Source: a phage
Strand: one strand, 5' to 3'
Assembly (NCBI GenBank): GCA_029945195.1
Contig: GCA_029945195.1_4117.1
Length of the DNA: 64,000 bases
Below, one piece after another: positions 44,571-54,546 of the stretch. Numbering within the stretch: the stretch's first letter is position 1; each line of letters starts with the position of its first letter. A program made the translations under genes and the position numbers. Below the pieces are notes generated by a model that did not search any database, was not told where the DNA came from, and saw only the letters and a program-made list of their open reading frames with translations.

Positions 44571-45137
44571 ATGAGTACTGAATTAATTAAAGAAGTTACC
44601 TTACTTCTGAAGCATTGTTTTAAGTTCATTCCTGATACTGGTTCACGCCAGTACATTAAAGTTAATGAGAAATATAACATCAATATCCTTGTATCTGAAA
44701 CTGCGAGCAGTTATGCTAACATTGAGTTGGATTCTGAAGAAAAATATACAGTATTACAAATCATAGCAGATGTACAACGTAAACAAGATTATCGTTCTTC
44801 ATTTTACAACGATTATCTGTGTGTTTGCTCAAACTTCAGTGAGAATAAAATTGTGTATAAGAATTTATACACACATGAAGTGATTGATACATATAATTAT
44901 AAAATTTCATCTGATGAATACAATGTGCTAATGTTCAACGCAAACCTTTTGTATGATGCCAGTACTGTACGCTGTTTAGAGTTAGCATATAAAATTCCAA
45001 AGATCATGGAAAGAAAAGATTTGATTCACTTTAAAACTATTTTAAAATACAGTACAAAAGAATTAGAGGATTTAGTACAGGCTCTTAAGAATTTCATTAA
45101 TGAACATGTACCTGTTAAATTCGAGGATGCACAATGA
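44571..45137 (+). CDS. hypothetical array protein (motif degenerate)
   Basis: ORF track; SD AGGAG; promoter-like TGTGTTATAAT upstream. Confidence 0.5.
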   Translation: MSTELIKEVTLLLKHCFKFIPDTGSRQYIKVNEKYNINILVSETASSYANIELDSEEKYTVLQIIADVQRKQDYRSSFYNDYLCVCSNFSENKIVYKNLYTHEVIDTYNYKISSDEYNVLMFNANLLYDASTVRCLELAYKIPKIMERKDLIHFKTILKYSTKELEDLVQALKNFINEHVPVKFEDAQ

Positions 45138-45718
45138 ACCATATCAGAACTAAAATTTTGAGACTCATGCATGACATTGCAGAACTTTCAGAGATTCATG
45201 ACATTACAGAAATTGTTGAATTTGATGATTATCGACTGAAAATTGAAAACAAATCCAAACATCGTTTTGGATCAGTTCAGTTGGATGTATATAAAACTTA
45301 TGAATTTTCTAAAAAAATTAAAAGTTCATGGGATACGATTACTATGTACATTCGCACATCCAGAAATCGTGAACGTATTGGTTCTATTTCTTCTAATATG
45401 GTATTTGCGAATGCATTACATGAAAAAATGAATAAAATTGTAGAATCTAATTTCAGTGAAGATGATGGATTTATTGGGTTGGATGTTCCACCAGAATTAG
45501 ACCAAAGTGAAGATATTCGAGATGCATTCATTTTCCAGAAATCCTTGTTGGACAATTACAAAGAATTCGAGTACTTAATGCTTTGTTACGATACTGCAAA
45601 AGTTCTTGATTGTGGTGAACTAGTTATGTACAATGATTTTATCAATTACAAGACTGATGTTCTGAATACACTACTTCAAAATATAGAATCGGTTAAGGAA
45701 AAATATGAACGCTTATAG
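45134..45718 (+). CDS. family-B array protein
   Basis: IRDAFIFQKSLLDN. Confidence 0.55.
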   Translation: MNHIRTKILRLMHDIAELSEIHDITEIVEFDDYRLKIENKSKHRFGSVQLDVYKTYEFSKKIKSSWDTITMYIRTSRNRERIGSISSNMVFANALHEKMNKIVESNFSEDDGFIGLDVPPELDQSEDIRDAFIFQKSLLDNYKEFEYLMLCYDTAKVLDCGELVMYNDFINYKTDVLNTLLQNIESVKEKYERL

Positions 45719-46283
45719 TTATATGACAGAACGCCATCAGTTATTATATGATATCAGTACAAAAATGTTATCAATTGTTAGTAGTGCAAAAGAAATTGAA
45801 AAACAATACCTCATCCGTGATGTAGCAATTTCATCTAAATGTTGGTCCAATGAATATTACGATCACGGTATTCTTACTATTTCTGGGGCTAGAAATATTT
45901 GTATTGTAAAAAATAAAAATAAAAGTAATGAAGAGTGTGAGATTAGAACCGATATACAAATTAAGGATGATGGAAGTTTTTCACACCACCCATTCCATAT
46001 TAGTACTATTAGTGTTTTATATAATATTAAAGTACTATTCGGTGATGAAGAGTATGTGTTAAAAGCTATCAATCCAGATTCAAGTACAGTTGAAGAAGAA
46101 CTGTTCCAGATGAGCACTGTTATACCTGAAGAGGTTCTTAGTACTGTTATTTTTTGTAGTTTAATTTATCATGAATACAAAAAGTTCCAGTTCGATTTCC
46201 ACATGTTAGGAACATACATCTTCAATAATTTGAATGTAGATCGTTTAACAGCATTAAATGCAGCAATGGATAAGGTGCTATAA
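45705..46283 (+). CDS. family-B array protein
   Basis: TVEEELFQMSTVIPEE. Confidence 0.6.
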   Translation: MNAYSYMTERHQLLYDISTKMLSIVSSAKEIEKQYLIRDVAISSKCWSNEYYDHGILTISGARNICIVKNKNKSNEECEIRTDIQIKDDGSFSHHPFHISTISVLYNIKVLFGDEEYVLKAINPDSSTVEEELFQMSTVIPEEVLSTVIFCSLIYHEYKKFQFDFHMLGTYIFNNLNVDRLTALNAAMDKVL

Positions 46284-46711
46284 TGACAAGAGATGATTGT
46301 TTGTACATATGGGATATAATTGAAACTACACTTTCAAATCCAGAAAATTATAAAACAAAAAAAAGACAACGACACAAAATATGGATAGATTTGTTCGTTG
46401 AGGGCATACACGCAGTGACTATTTGGGATTCACCGAGGGCATCAGCATCTACTCTGTTGGACAATGAATGCATTGATTGCATTAATTCCACTTTTCATCT
46501 CCACGGTACTACAATTTTTGGTACATTTCTGGATATTGAAAGTAAAGATGATATTGATTCACTTGCGTTACAATACCAAGTACTATATAATACTAAATTA
46601 ATTTACGATTTAGTACTAGCTTCTTATGTGTATAAATTAATGATGAAATATAATCATATTTCTGTTTCAGTTTATACTAAGGATATTCTTTCATTAAGAG
46701 ACAAAACATGA
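46283..46711 (+). CDS. hypothetical array protein (motif degenerate)
   Basis: ORF track. Confidence 0.45.
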   Translation: MTRDDCLYIWDIIETTLSNPENYKTKKRQRHKIWIDLFVEGIHAVTIWDSPRASASTLLDNECIDCINSTFHLHGTTIFGTFLDIESKDDIDSLALQYQVLYNTKLIYDLVLASYVYKLMMKYNHISVSVYTKDILSLRDKT

Positions 46712-47217
46712 GTTTATTAAATGCACGAGAATTAGTTGAGATGTATGAGATCTTATCTTCATATAAAAATTCTCCAAAAGATGTAATTCTAAACAAAAAG
46801 TTCCATGTCAGTGTTGAACATATAACAAATATAGATATGATTTCTTTGGTGGAAAGTAATAAGTCAGGTCTGGAGCGTGATATCATGCGTTTGATTTATA
46901 TTCCTAAACCATCATATACTAATGATAGTACTATTAGCAATGAGACATTCATGTATAGTCCTGGTACGGATTCTACTATAGTATCGCTGTCCAATAAATC
47001 AATGGATACTTTCCAATTCATCTATACCAGTACTGATAACATTGAAGAAATTGAATTTCAAAACAATACATTAAGTCCATGTAGTAGTGTTATAACCTTT
47101 ATGTCATATCTATGGTCAACTAAAACAAGTGCTGTTGTATATAGTTCAAATTATACACAAGATAGTATTGTTGAATCATATAAAGTTCTAAAGGAATACT
47201 ATGAAAATAACAAATGA
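46708..47217 (+). CDS. family-B array protein (divergent)
   Basis: NIEEIEFQNNTLSP. Confidence 0.5.
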   Translation: MSLLNARELVEMYEILSSYKNSPKDVILNKKFHVSVEHITNIDMISLVESNKSGLERDIMRLIYIPKPSYTNDSTISNETFMYSPGTDSTIVSLSNKSMDTFQFIYTSTDNIEEIEFQNNTLSPCSSVITFMSYLWSTKTSAVVYSSNYTQDSIVESYKVLKEYYENNK

Positions 47218-47782
47218 TTTTATTAAAAGTGTAGTACACCCTATGCTTAGTATTATGAAAAAAATACAGAATCTACCGGAAGATAACGATTACAAGTTTA
47301 ATCGTTTTGATTCAGATGTGTTTTGTATTGAAATTGAAATTAATAACAATCGTAATTTACATTTAAAATTCAAAGAATCTTCGAGTCCGTACTACAACTT
47401 TGATATGAATTTTAAAATAGATACTGACATTGAAGAAAACATAATATCAAATCATACTAGCAAAAATGGTTTTATGCATAGAACTACTATGTACAATAAT
47501 AAAAATAGTATTATATCTAAATGGAATCAACAATTCACTAAAATTTGTGAAATTGAATATAATGATTTTGGTGAAGAACATTACTTTCAGTTAAGTACAA
47601 TTCATGAACTTCCACCATATGATTATGTTAAAACATGGTTTGATATTCATAATATAATTGATGATGCAATCAAACTTCCATTTGGTGTGTCAATATCATA
47701 TACTGCTCCTAAAACATTTGTTTTTACTGAAGATATGATTATGAAAAAGATATGGGCAATCATCCCACTTATGATGGATTAA
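47201..47782 (+). CDS. family-B array protein
   Basis: FGEEHYFQLSTIHE. Confidence 0.6.
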   Translation: MKITNDFIKSVVHPMLSIMKKIQNLPEDNDYKFNRFDSDVFCIEIEINNNRNLHLKFKESSSPYYNFDMNFKIDTDIEENIISNHTSKNGFMHRTTMYNNKNSIISKWNQQFTKICEIEYNDFGEEHYFQLSTIHELPPYDYVKTWFDIHNIIDDAIKLPFGVSISYTAPKTFVFTEDMIMKKIWAIIPLMMD

Positions 47783-47788
47783 ATTTGT

Positions 47789-47813
47789 ACCAGGGGTTGA
47801 CTCTGGTTTTTTT
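47789..47813 (+). terminator. rho-independent terminator inside array
   Basis: ACCAG-GGGTTGACT-CTGGT then TTTTTTT. Confidence 0.55.
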
Positions 47814-47843
47814 GTATGATACATTGTTCTCAAGGAGAATTTT

Positions 47844-48395
47844 ATGAACTACAATCATGATCTTTTTACATTATGTGCATCCAAATGTGTTGAAGGATGG
47901 GCAGATAAAATCAATACCATAATTCATCGATATCTCGTCTTTAGTTCCCGTGCACGAAGTGAGGGGGCTATGGATTTCAAATATACACTATCTATTGATG
48001 GTGTAACTATCCATGCAGACGAAGAACGTCTGAACATTAATTTGTATGATTCCTGTGTATTTGCTATTCACCAAAAGATGGGGAAAGGATGGGGTTGTAA
48101 TAACATTAACTCCAAAGCTATCTTTTGGGTTGGTCACCATCAGACAGTACTTGATCCTTCAATCAAATCTAATCTTTTATCCGATAATATGGTTTATGAT
48201 TTATTGTACTCCGAAGAACAACATTTTCAGTTAAGTACATTACATGATCTGGCACAGTACGAGGATTGTTACAAAACATTAGAACTATGCCATTCCCTTG
48301 AACTTAAAGATAAATTGATACAAGTTTACCCTTCATTCTTTCATGAAGAAGTACAAAGTACACTAGATCATATTTTATATGGATACGATAAATGA
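47844..48395 (+). CDS. family-B array protein
   Basis: YSEEQHFQLSTLHD; SD AAGGAG. Confidence 0.6.
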   Translation: MNYNHDLFTLCASKCVEGWADKINTIIHRYLVFSSRARSEGAMDFKYTLSIDGVTIHADEERLNINLYDSCVFAIHQKMGKGWGCNNINSKAIFWVGHHQTVLDPSIKSNLLSDNMVYDLLYSEEQHFQLSTLHDLAQYEDCYKTLELCHSLELKDKLIQVYPSFFHEEVQSTLDHILYGYDK

Positions 48396-48994
48396 GAAAA
48401 AGTTATCAAGAAGCTATTGACTTAATTCGTGAAGTTATCAAGGTGGCTCCTGCTGCTATTGAGTTCAAGAAGTCCATATACAAGAAGTATGGTTCAATGT
48501 CGAGTATGTGCTTTCAAAAGAAACGTAGAGCATTCACTACCCAGTACTGGAATGATTCTATCATCCTGAGCAATGAGACTCAGCGTATTTTAACACTAGA
48601 ATCTGAACCTAATGAGTACGGGGAAGGGAACATTTGTGTACCTGATTATGATGAAATTAACTTCAACTGCGGTGATTTTGAAACAACATTATTACTTCAT
48701 GAGGGTTATCCAGAAGGTGATGTATTAGCTGAGTACAATCCAAAAACTAAAATTCTCAAAAGAGGAATCCAGTTCACTATTAATAACAAAGATGATGTTC
48801 AAGCAGCACTGATGCAACTGAGTACAAGTGAACCTATCACTATTAGTGTAGAAGAGTTATGGGGAATTATTTCAGTACTCAATGAGTGCTACAAAGTAAA
48901 ATCATTGCGTAAACACAGCATTATATTACATACCAATATGGCAAATATAAAATGTAAGCACATTCAAGAAATGGTGGTTCCAGATGGACTTTAA
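48392..48994 (+). CDS. family-B array protein (divergent)
   Basis: DVQAALMQLSTSEP. Confidence 0.5.
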   Translation: MRKSYQEAIDLIREVIKVAPAAIEFKKSIYKKYGSMSSMCFQKKRRAFTTQYWNDSIILSNETQRILTLESEPNEYGEGNICVPDYDEINFNCGDFETTLLLHEGYPEGDVLAEYNPKTKILKRGIQFTINNKDDVQAALMQLSTSEPITISVEELWGIISVLNECYKVKSLRKHSIILHTNMANIKCKHIQEMVVPDGL

Positions 48995-49568
48995 AGAAAT
49001 TGAAAGTAAATTAAAGTACTTCAAAGATATCAAACTTCTTTGGAAAAAGTATAAAGTTGATTACAATTTCAGTGATGATGAGACAATAAAATACATTGAG
49101 ATTAATATCAAAATCAAGTTCAAGAATAATAATTATGGTGAAGTAACCTTAAATCATACTGGTATATCACTCAAGGACTATGATGGTACAACACTCGCAT
49201 ATTTTGACTTCACACCAGAACCAGGTGAAACACTACTTAGTGAGATAAATTCCTATGACATGGAAGTGTTCGGCGGGAATCCGTTACTGTTCCGACTTTC
49301 TGAAGAGTGGAGTGAAGAGTACTACACTTACAAAGATGGTGTAGTACTTGATATTCATGGAGAAGTTGTGAATGACTTGGAAGAACGTTTGTTCCAAGAA
49401 TTGTGTGTTTCAAATACTTCATATGCATACAATCATATCCTTGACATGTTTGATTTATATAGTAAAATAGATGCTGAAATGAAGGCACATGGTATTCATT
49501 ACCTTACAATTAACGACTATGCTCAACTCGAAACCGCTGTGAAAGCATTGACTAAAGTACTGAAATAG
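48984..49568 (+). CDS. family-B array protein
   Basis: LEERLFQELCVSN. Confidence 0.5.
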   Translation: MDFKEIESKLKYFKDIKLLWKKYKVDYNFSDDETIKYIEINIKIKFKNNNYGEVTLNHTGISLKDYDGTTLAYFDFTPEPGETLLSEINSYDMEVFGGNPLLFRLSEEWSEEYYTYKDGVVLDIHGEVVNDLEERLFQELCVSNTSYAYNHILDMFDLYSKIDAEMKAHGIHYLTINDYAQLETAVKALTKVLK

Positions 49569-49577
49569 GAATGAAAT

Positions 49578-49991
49578 ATGAAACTGTATCATGCGAGTAC
49601 TGTAAAAATTGATAACTTTTATATCCCGTATGGTGGTCTTCATATGGGAGGTAAACACAGTGCTTTGGAAGCTGCATTACGCAAGCTGAGAAGCCCACTG
49701 AACGTAGTAGACGCATGTACAGTATACTTGCATACCTTAGAAGTTGATGTTGATAACGTGCTTCTGTGTGAAGATTTAGGCAGTGATGATGAGTGGCGTT
49801 CACTTATTGAGAATTGCACTGCTCAAGGTTATGATGCTGTTCAGTACAAAAATGATTACGAGCCAGACAATGTTCCTAGCTTTATGATTTGGGATGCATC
49901 TAAAGTTCGCATCATTGAAGTTGATGCTATGCATATGGATGAAGCTGAAATGATTATCGAAGATTTTCTTGATGAATATGAAGGTGTATAA
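49578..49991 (+). CDS. hypothetical protein (137 aa), non-family insert in array
   Basis: ORF track; no family motif, composition looks less AT-rich by eye. Confidence 0.5.
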   Translation: MKLYHASTVKIDNFYIPYGGLHMGGKHSALEAALRKLRSPLNVVDACTVYLHTLEVDVDNVLLCEDLGSDDEWRSLIENCTAQGYDAVQYKNDYEPDNVPSFMIWDASKVRIIEVDAMHMDEAEMIIEDFLDEYEGV

Positions 49992-50527
49992 TGTCTGAAC
50001 CGATGGTAGCACTGGCACGTACAAAATTACTATTAAAGATTGGTGAGATTTTTACGGTTCTTCTGTCCAATAATATTGATATCACTGAGCTAGATATTAA
50101 GCAACCGTGGGAAGTGACTATGTTCTCGGCGTTCCACCGATTGTCATATAAAGGTGAAAGTGTTCTTGATTTTAACCCTAAAGCAAAATTCATAGATTAT
50201 GCTGCGTTGTACAGAGAGTTGCACAGAAATATTTATTCCGGTTGTATAACCAATAACTTCAAAGAAATTAAAGTTCAAACTGCATCACATGAGTTCAATG
50301 ATTTACTTTATCCAGAATTTAATCTAACAGAAGAATTACTCTTTCAGTACTCGTTAATTCTCACAAATCTCGAAACACTAGAGTTCTACAAAGAGTTAGT
50401 AGATATTTTTATGAATACACGACTTTCAAAAGATATTGTGATATTCTGGTATACAGAGCATGTTACGGAGGAATTGCTTACTGAATTTCTTCTAAATATG
50501 ACAGCTATAAAGGAGAAGTTATGTTAG
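49991..50527 (+). CDS. family-B array protein
   Basis: LTEELLFQYSLILT. Confidence 0.55.
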   Translation: MSEPMVALARTKLLLKIGEIFTVLLSNNIDITELDIKQPWEVTMFSAFHRLSYKGESVLDFNPKAKFIDYAALYRELHRNIYSGCITNNFKEIKVQTASHEFNDLLYPEFNLTEELLFQYSLILTNLETLEFYKELVDIFMNTRLSKDIVIFWYTEHVTEELLTEFLLNMTAIKEKLC

Positions 50528-50994
50528 ATATTTTAGGAAACATCGATACTGCAAATTATTTTATCCAGGACGCACTGTTCAATACAGTTCAACAAGGATT
50601 AGAAGTTCGTCATAACGTTTACCAAGGTGATGGTTATTTCGTTGATATTGTTGAGGCACGAAAGAATACGTTTAATGTTAACATTACAACACTGGGTAGA
50701 CAGAACATTGCACGAATTTTAGTAAGTAAAGATGAAATTGTATTGAGATACAGTGCTAAGTTTATGTTGACTTATAAGAAAAAAACTGATATGTTCAGTA
50801 CTAATTTATTTGATGAGCCATTTGACCTTGAAGATATTGAAGCTACTTTCTTTACTCAAAGTACTATGGTAAAATACACTGATGTTCAATTTTCTGCTGA
50901 TGTAATGTCAGAAACATTACAAATGATCAAGGTATTATTTTATGCATTTGAGCAATTTAGAGAAGAAAGAAACAAGGTTAACAACCACAGATGA
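50521..50994 (+). CDS. family-B array protein (divergent)
   Basis: EDIEATFFTQSTMV. Confidence 0.5.
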   Translation: MLDILGNIDTANYFIQDALFNTVQQGLEVRHNVYQGDGYFVDIVEARKNTFNVNITTLGRQNIARILVSKDEIVLRYSAKFMLTYKKKTDMFSTNLFDEPFDLEDIEATFFTQSTMVKYTDVQFSADVMSETLQMIKVLFYAFEQFREERNKVNNHR

Positions 50995-51007
50995 ACTAAT
51001 AGAGGCG

Positions 51008-51355
51008 ATGACTAAGGAGTCAAAATACCACAAAGGGATTCGTCTATATTTTATAGATATTGGTTCAATGGAAGGCATATACATTTATGGTTCACAATCT
51101 TTATCTTATGATGTAATGCCAAAAAAACATGTAAAAATCTTTTTAGGTTCAAATAAAAAAACTTTCTTGACAATTAATGATAAAAACGTTATTATGAATT
51201 CGTTGGGTCATGATAAGGTGGAAATTGATCTAAACACACTGGAGGATATTGATTTTTTTCAATACGAGTGTTTAGGTGTTGACTTACATGGCATTAGTAG
51301 CGATATGATAAAATCATTAATCAAATATTTCGAAGGTGTTCATAAATGTATCTAA
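51008..51355 (+). CDS. family-B array protein (divergent)
   Basis: track ORF 50942-51355; start uncertain, ATG 51008 chosen to avoid overlap; EDIDFFQYECLGVD. Confidence 0.45.
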   Translation: MTKESKYHKGIRLYFIDIGSMEGIYIYGSQSLSYDVMPKKHVKIFLGSNKKTFLTINDKNVIMNSLGHDKVEIDLNTLEDIDFFQYECLGVDLHGISSDMIKSLIKYFEGVHKCI

Positions 51356-51843
51356 CTAAATCAATGAAAAATTCATTTGATAAAATCAAGAGTTGTCTTG
51401 ATGGGGAAAATATTACAAGTGTTACACAAACTGCTGACCAAATTCAAAGCAGTTCAAGTGATTGTACTGTTATTTTAGGTTTACATAGTCTACGTTTATC
51501 AATAGTAAATAATATTGACAACACTGCTATTGTAATCACACCATGCCATATTCAAAATGAGAATGGTGTATATCTTCATCACATGGGAACAGTATTTCAT
51601 ATTTTCAATACAAACGAAAACATTGTTAAGGAATACAAATCTCTTAATATTGATTCAGGTGAATTATTTCAAATGAGTACTTTGTACTCATGTAATTTTA
51701 CAGATACTTCATGTATTTTGCCATTTTTCTTGGAAATTATTAAGAAAATGGAAAATTTAAAACGTGAATACAATAAAGAAATGGTTCCTGAAGCTATATT
51801 AAATATTACTAATGCTATAGAGAAGTATAATGCAGTGACTTAA
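51346..51843 (+). CDS. family-B array protein
   Basis: DSGELFQMSTLYS. Confidence 0.55.
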   Translation: MYLTKSMKNSFDKIKSCLDGENITSVTQTADQIQSSSSDCTVILGLHSLRLSIVNNIDNTAIVITPCHIQNENGVYLHHMGTVFHIFNTNENIVKEYKSLNIDSGELFQMSTLYSCNFTDTSCILPFFLEIIKKMENLKREYNKEMVPEAILNITNAIEKYNAVT

Positions 51844-51885
51844 TAAAAACGCACATGGAGTGCATTAGAAGATCAAGGATAGATC

Positions 51886-52359
51886 ATGGAGATTAAAACT
51901 GTTGAAAATGGGAAAATTGATGACATTTTAGAGTTGGACGCATTCAAAGTTCATGATATAATGTTTAATGTGAAGGACATTATTCAATGTCTATTTTTGT
52001 GTAGCAAGACAATGCATGATTTTTTTCACAACCCAAATACTAACGTTTTTATACTAACAATCAGTACTGAAAACTCGTTTATCATGGGTATGCCTATGAG
52101 TACAAATGAACAATATATTGATTGTGTTATTCGTAATAACGATAGTATTACGCCACAATCTGAAGTACGTAAAAAGAAAAACACCTACACAATCAAAGAT
52201 GATAAAATTATGATGTGCTGTAGTAAAGGGTTTATATTAGATAATTTTATCGTCAAAGACAGTTATCACGACTTTAAAGTGTCTGAAAATCAATCCAATG
52301 TAGTTCTTTATGCGAGTGACATAGAAAGTCTAACAGTTAAAGATCCCAGTTTGGAGTAA
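51886..52359 (+). CDS. hypothetical protein (157 aa)
   Basis: ORF track; SD AAGGA. Confidence 0.5.
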   Translation: MEIKTVENGKIDDILELDAFKVHDIMFNVKDIIQCLFLCSKTMHDFFHNPNTNVFILTISTENSFIMGMPMSTNEQYIDCVIRNNDSITPQSEVRKKKNTYTIKDDKIMMCCSKGFILDNFIVKDSYHDFKVSENQSNVVLYASDIESLTVKDPSLE

Positions 52360-52361
52360 GT

Positions 52362-52493
52362 ATGGCTAAGAAAGTAAACAATTTCGTACAGAAACACATG
52401 AATGAGTTTAACAAGCCTCAGACACATGTGGATCGTAAAAAAGAAATGAAAAATGGTAAAGTAAAACACAAGTCGAGATTTATTCTCGACTAA
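52362..52493 (+). CDS. small lysine-rich basic protein (43 aa, not in track)
   Basis: hand-translated MAKKVNNFVQKHMNEFNKPQTHVDRKKEMKNGKVKHKSRFILD; SD GGAG. Confidence 0.45.
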   Translation: MAKKVNNFVQKHMNEFNKPQTHVDRKKEMKNGKVKHKSRFILD

Positions 52494-52522
52494 TTTTTTG
52501 TCTAAATTTATGAGGATTGTAT

Positions 52523-53371
52523 ATGTTAGATATTTCAGATTTTCTTAATTTTAAAAAGTATTCAGTACTTGAACATATCAACGAATTTCTGAATTCTACT
52601 ACACCATTTGGTATCAGTACATCAGATGCATACGATGGATATACAATCTTCCCATACAATGACTTTCAAATTTCCGTCAAAAAAGGTTTTACAAAAGAAG
52701 TTGCAATTCGTGATGTAGTAATGTATAGCGATTCTTCTATTTCTTACTGTCATGACGTGAACAAGTTTGAATCTCTTTCAACACCTAATTGTTCATACTA
52801 CAAATCCCATGACACGATGATGTATAAAGAACAACATATCAATGGTGTTTCGTTCTATAAAACTAGCAGTGATAAATCATATACATCTAGAGATGATTTT
52901 GGAAAATACACATGTACTATGCACACGGATAATGAAAAAACAAATTACACTCATTCATTCGAGTCCAAATTCCAAGAGAGTGAAGTTTCAAATATCACTA
53001 TACAAGAACAGGTTTCAGAAGGCATTGTATATCGTAGTACTGCATTCTTTCGCATGAAAGATATTGCCACAGGCAGACCAATGATGTACAATATTGACAT
53101 ATACATGAAAGGTGATATATCCGAAGTAGTGATTAGTACTGGTTATCGTGAAAAATATACAGTTACAATGGAATCACCAGATGCATCATTAGTTCACCTC
53201 TTTAACAATTTATATACATTCCAATTCGAACTTAGTTTCGATCCAAATGAATATCAAATATTTGATATATTAAAAAGTAATATTATTAATAAGTTAGAAT
53301 ATTACTACAAGTTAGGTGGTAAGATGTGCATAGTTAATACTATGTTACATAACATAAAAGAAACATTATAA
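52523..53371 (+). CDS. hypothetical protein (282 aa)
   Basis: track ORF (TTG 52517) trimmed to ATG 52523; SD GAGGA. Confidence 0.6.
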   Translation: MLDISDFLNFKKYSVLEHINEFLNSTTPFGISTSDAYDGYTIFPYNDFQISVKKGFTKEVAIRDVVMYSDSSISYCHDVNKFESLSTPNCSYYKSHDTMMYKEQHINGVSFYKTSSDKSYTSRDDFGKYTCTMHTDNEKTNYTHSFESKFQESEVSNITIQEQVSEGIVYRSTAFFRMKDIATGRPMMYNIDIYMKGDISEVVISTGYREKYTVTMESPDASLVHLFNNLYTFQFELSFDPNEYQIFDILKSNIINKLEYYYKLGGKMCIVNTMLHNIKETL

Positions 53372-53387
53372 ATCTGGAGGATTTGGT

Positions 53388-53681
53388 ATGGATACTAAAT
53401 TCAAAATTATTTTTAAAACTAAGCCGTATATTCCACATACAGCAGAACGTTTTATACCACATGGTGCTGAGGAAATTATTCACCAAGATGGTACTAAGTT
53501 ATACCTTGTTCCTTGTTCTTATGAACGTGCAGTAGAAATGTTACTAATGAATGCTAGACTATGCAAAAACAAGTACATTAGTTACCTATACAATGAACAT
53601 ATTTTAGATTTCAATGATGAAAATATGTTCATTCTAGCAATTGAGGATTTTGATAACTGGTACAATATTATTAAAATCTAA
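53388..53681 (+). CDS. hypothetical protein (97 aa)
   Basis: ORF track; SD GGAGG. Confidence 0.55.
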   Translation: MDTKFKIIFKTKPYIPHTAERFIPHGAEEIIHQDGTKLYLVPCSYERAVEMLLMNARLCKNKYISYLYNEHILDFNDENMFILAIEDFDNWYNIIKI

Positions 53682-53752
53682 TGAAAATAATGTGAACATA
53701 TTAGATTCTTGTGATATAATGTTCACATCTTTTTTTGATAACGGAGATATAG

Positions 53753-54139
53753 ATGAATACAAGTTCAGTCCTAAAAGCAATTGGTGGTGTTTTACTCATT
53801 GAAGTAAAAGGTGAGCCAAAGCTATGCTGTTTAGAAGATATGAAGAATACAAAACACTTCAGTACTGGTCAGATTTTCAATGCCATTCGTATTCTAAATG
53901 ACAAATCCATTGCTGATTATGGAAAAGTTTGGCCTGTATATCAAAATGCTGATGGTGATATCAGTACTGATTGGAAAACAATTGAGGCGGTACGACAAAG
54001 TTGTGAGAGTGATTGGGACTTCATTGTTGAAGTTTGTGATCAACTACAAGAAGATGTTCCAGAAATTGTTGAACGAAAAGAAGTTCTAGCACGACTTGAA
54101 AAATTCCGTCACGGAACACTACAGTATGACACAATCTAA
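53753..54139 (+). CDS. hypothetical protein (128 aa)
   Basis: ORF track; promoter-like TTGTGATATAAT upstream. Confidence 0.55.
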   Translation: MNTSSVLKAIGGVLLIEVKGEPKLCCLEDMKNTKHFSTGQIFNAIRILNDKSIADYGKVWPVYQNADGDISTDWKTIEAVRQSCESDWDFIVEVCDQLQEDVPEIVERKEVLARLEKFRHGTLQYDTI

Positions 54140-54188
54140 TCTGCTTATTAAAAATATCTAATTAACATTATATAAAAGGAATTTAAAA

Positions 54189-54494
54189 ATGGAAGACAAT
54201 GGAATGAAATTTGATATGTTTGAAGGTGTACCAGAGTTCGATTTCAACAAACTTGAAGAAGGTGAGGAATCAGAACTAGTTAGTGTTACACTTAAAGCAG
54301 ATTCTAAAAAGAAATATTCATCATCAGTACGTTCACGTTCACAAGAAGAATACGAAACATTTATTGAAAGTATTCATTATGAAACATTCCATCACGCAGA
54401 TGGAACTCCATATGAAGTACGTGTAACAGTACTGAAGCCTGAAGTAAATCCAATGGAAAATCTACGTCCTGTTTACTGCTGGGCAAGTCACTAA
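54189..54494 (+). CDS. hypothetical protein (101 aa)
   Basis: ORF track; SD AAGGA. Confidence 0.55.
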   Translation: MEDNGMKFDMFEGVPEFDFNKLEEGEESELVSVTLKADSKKKYSSSVRSRSQEEYETFIESIHYETFHHADGTPYEVRVTVLKPEVNPMENLRPVYCWASH

Positions 54495-54503
54495 TAAACC
54501 AAA

Positions 54504-54534
54504 GGACGGGATTTGTTATCTCGTCCTTTTTTTT
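54504..54534 (+). terminator. rho-independent terminator
   Basis: GGACG..CGTCC stem then TTTTTTTT. Confidence 0.65.
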
Positions 54535-54546
54535 GTCTGGAGATGT

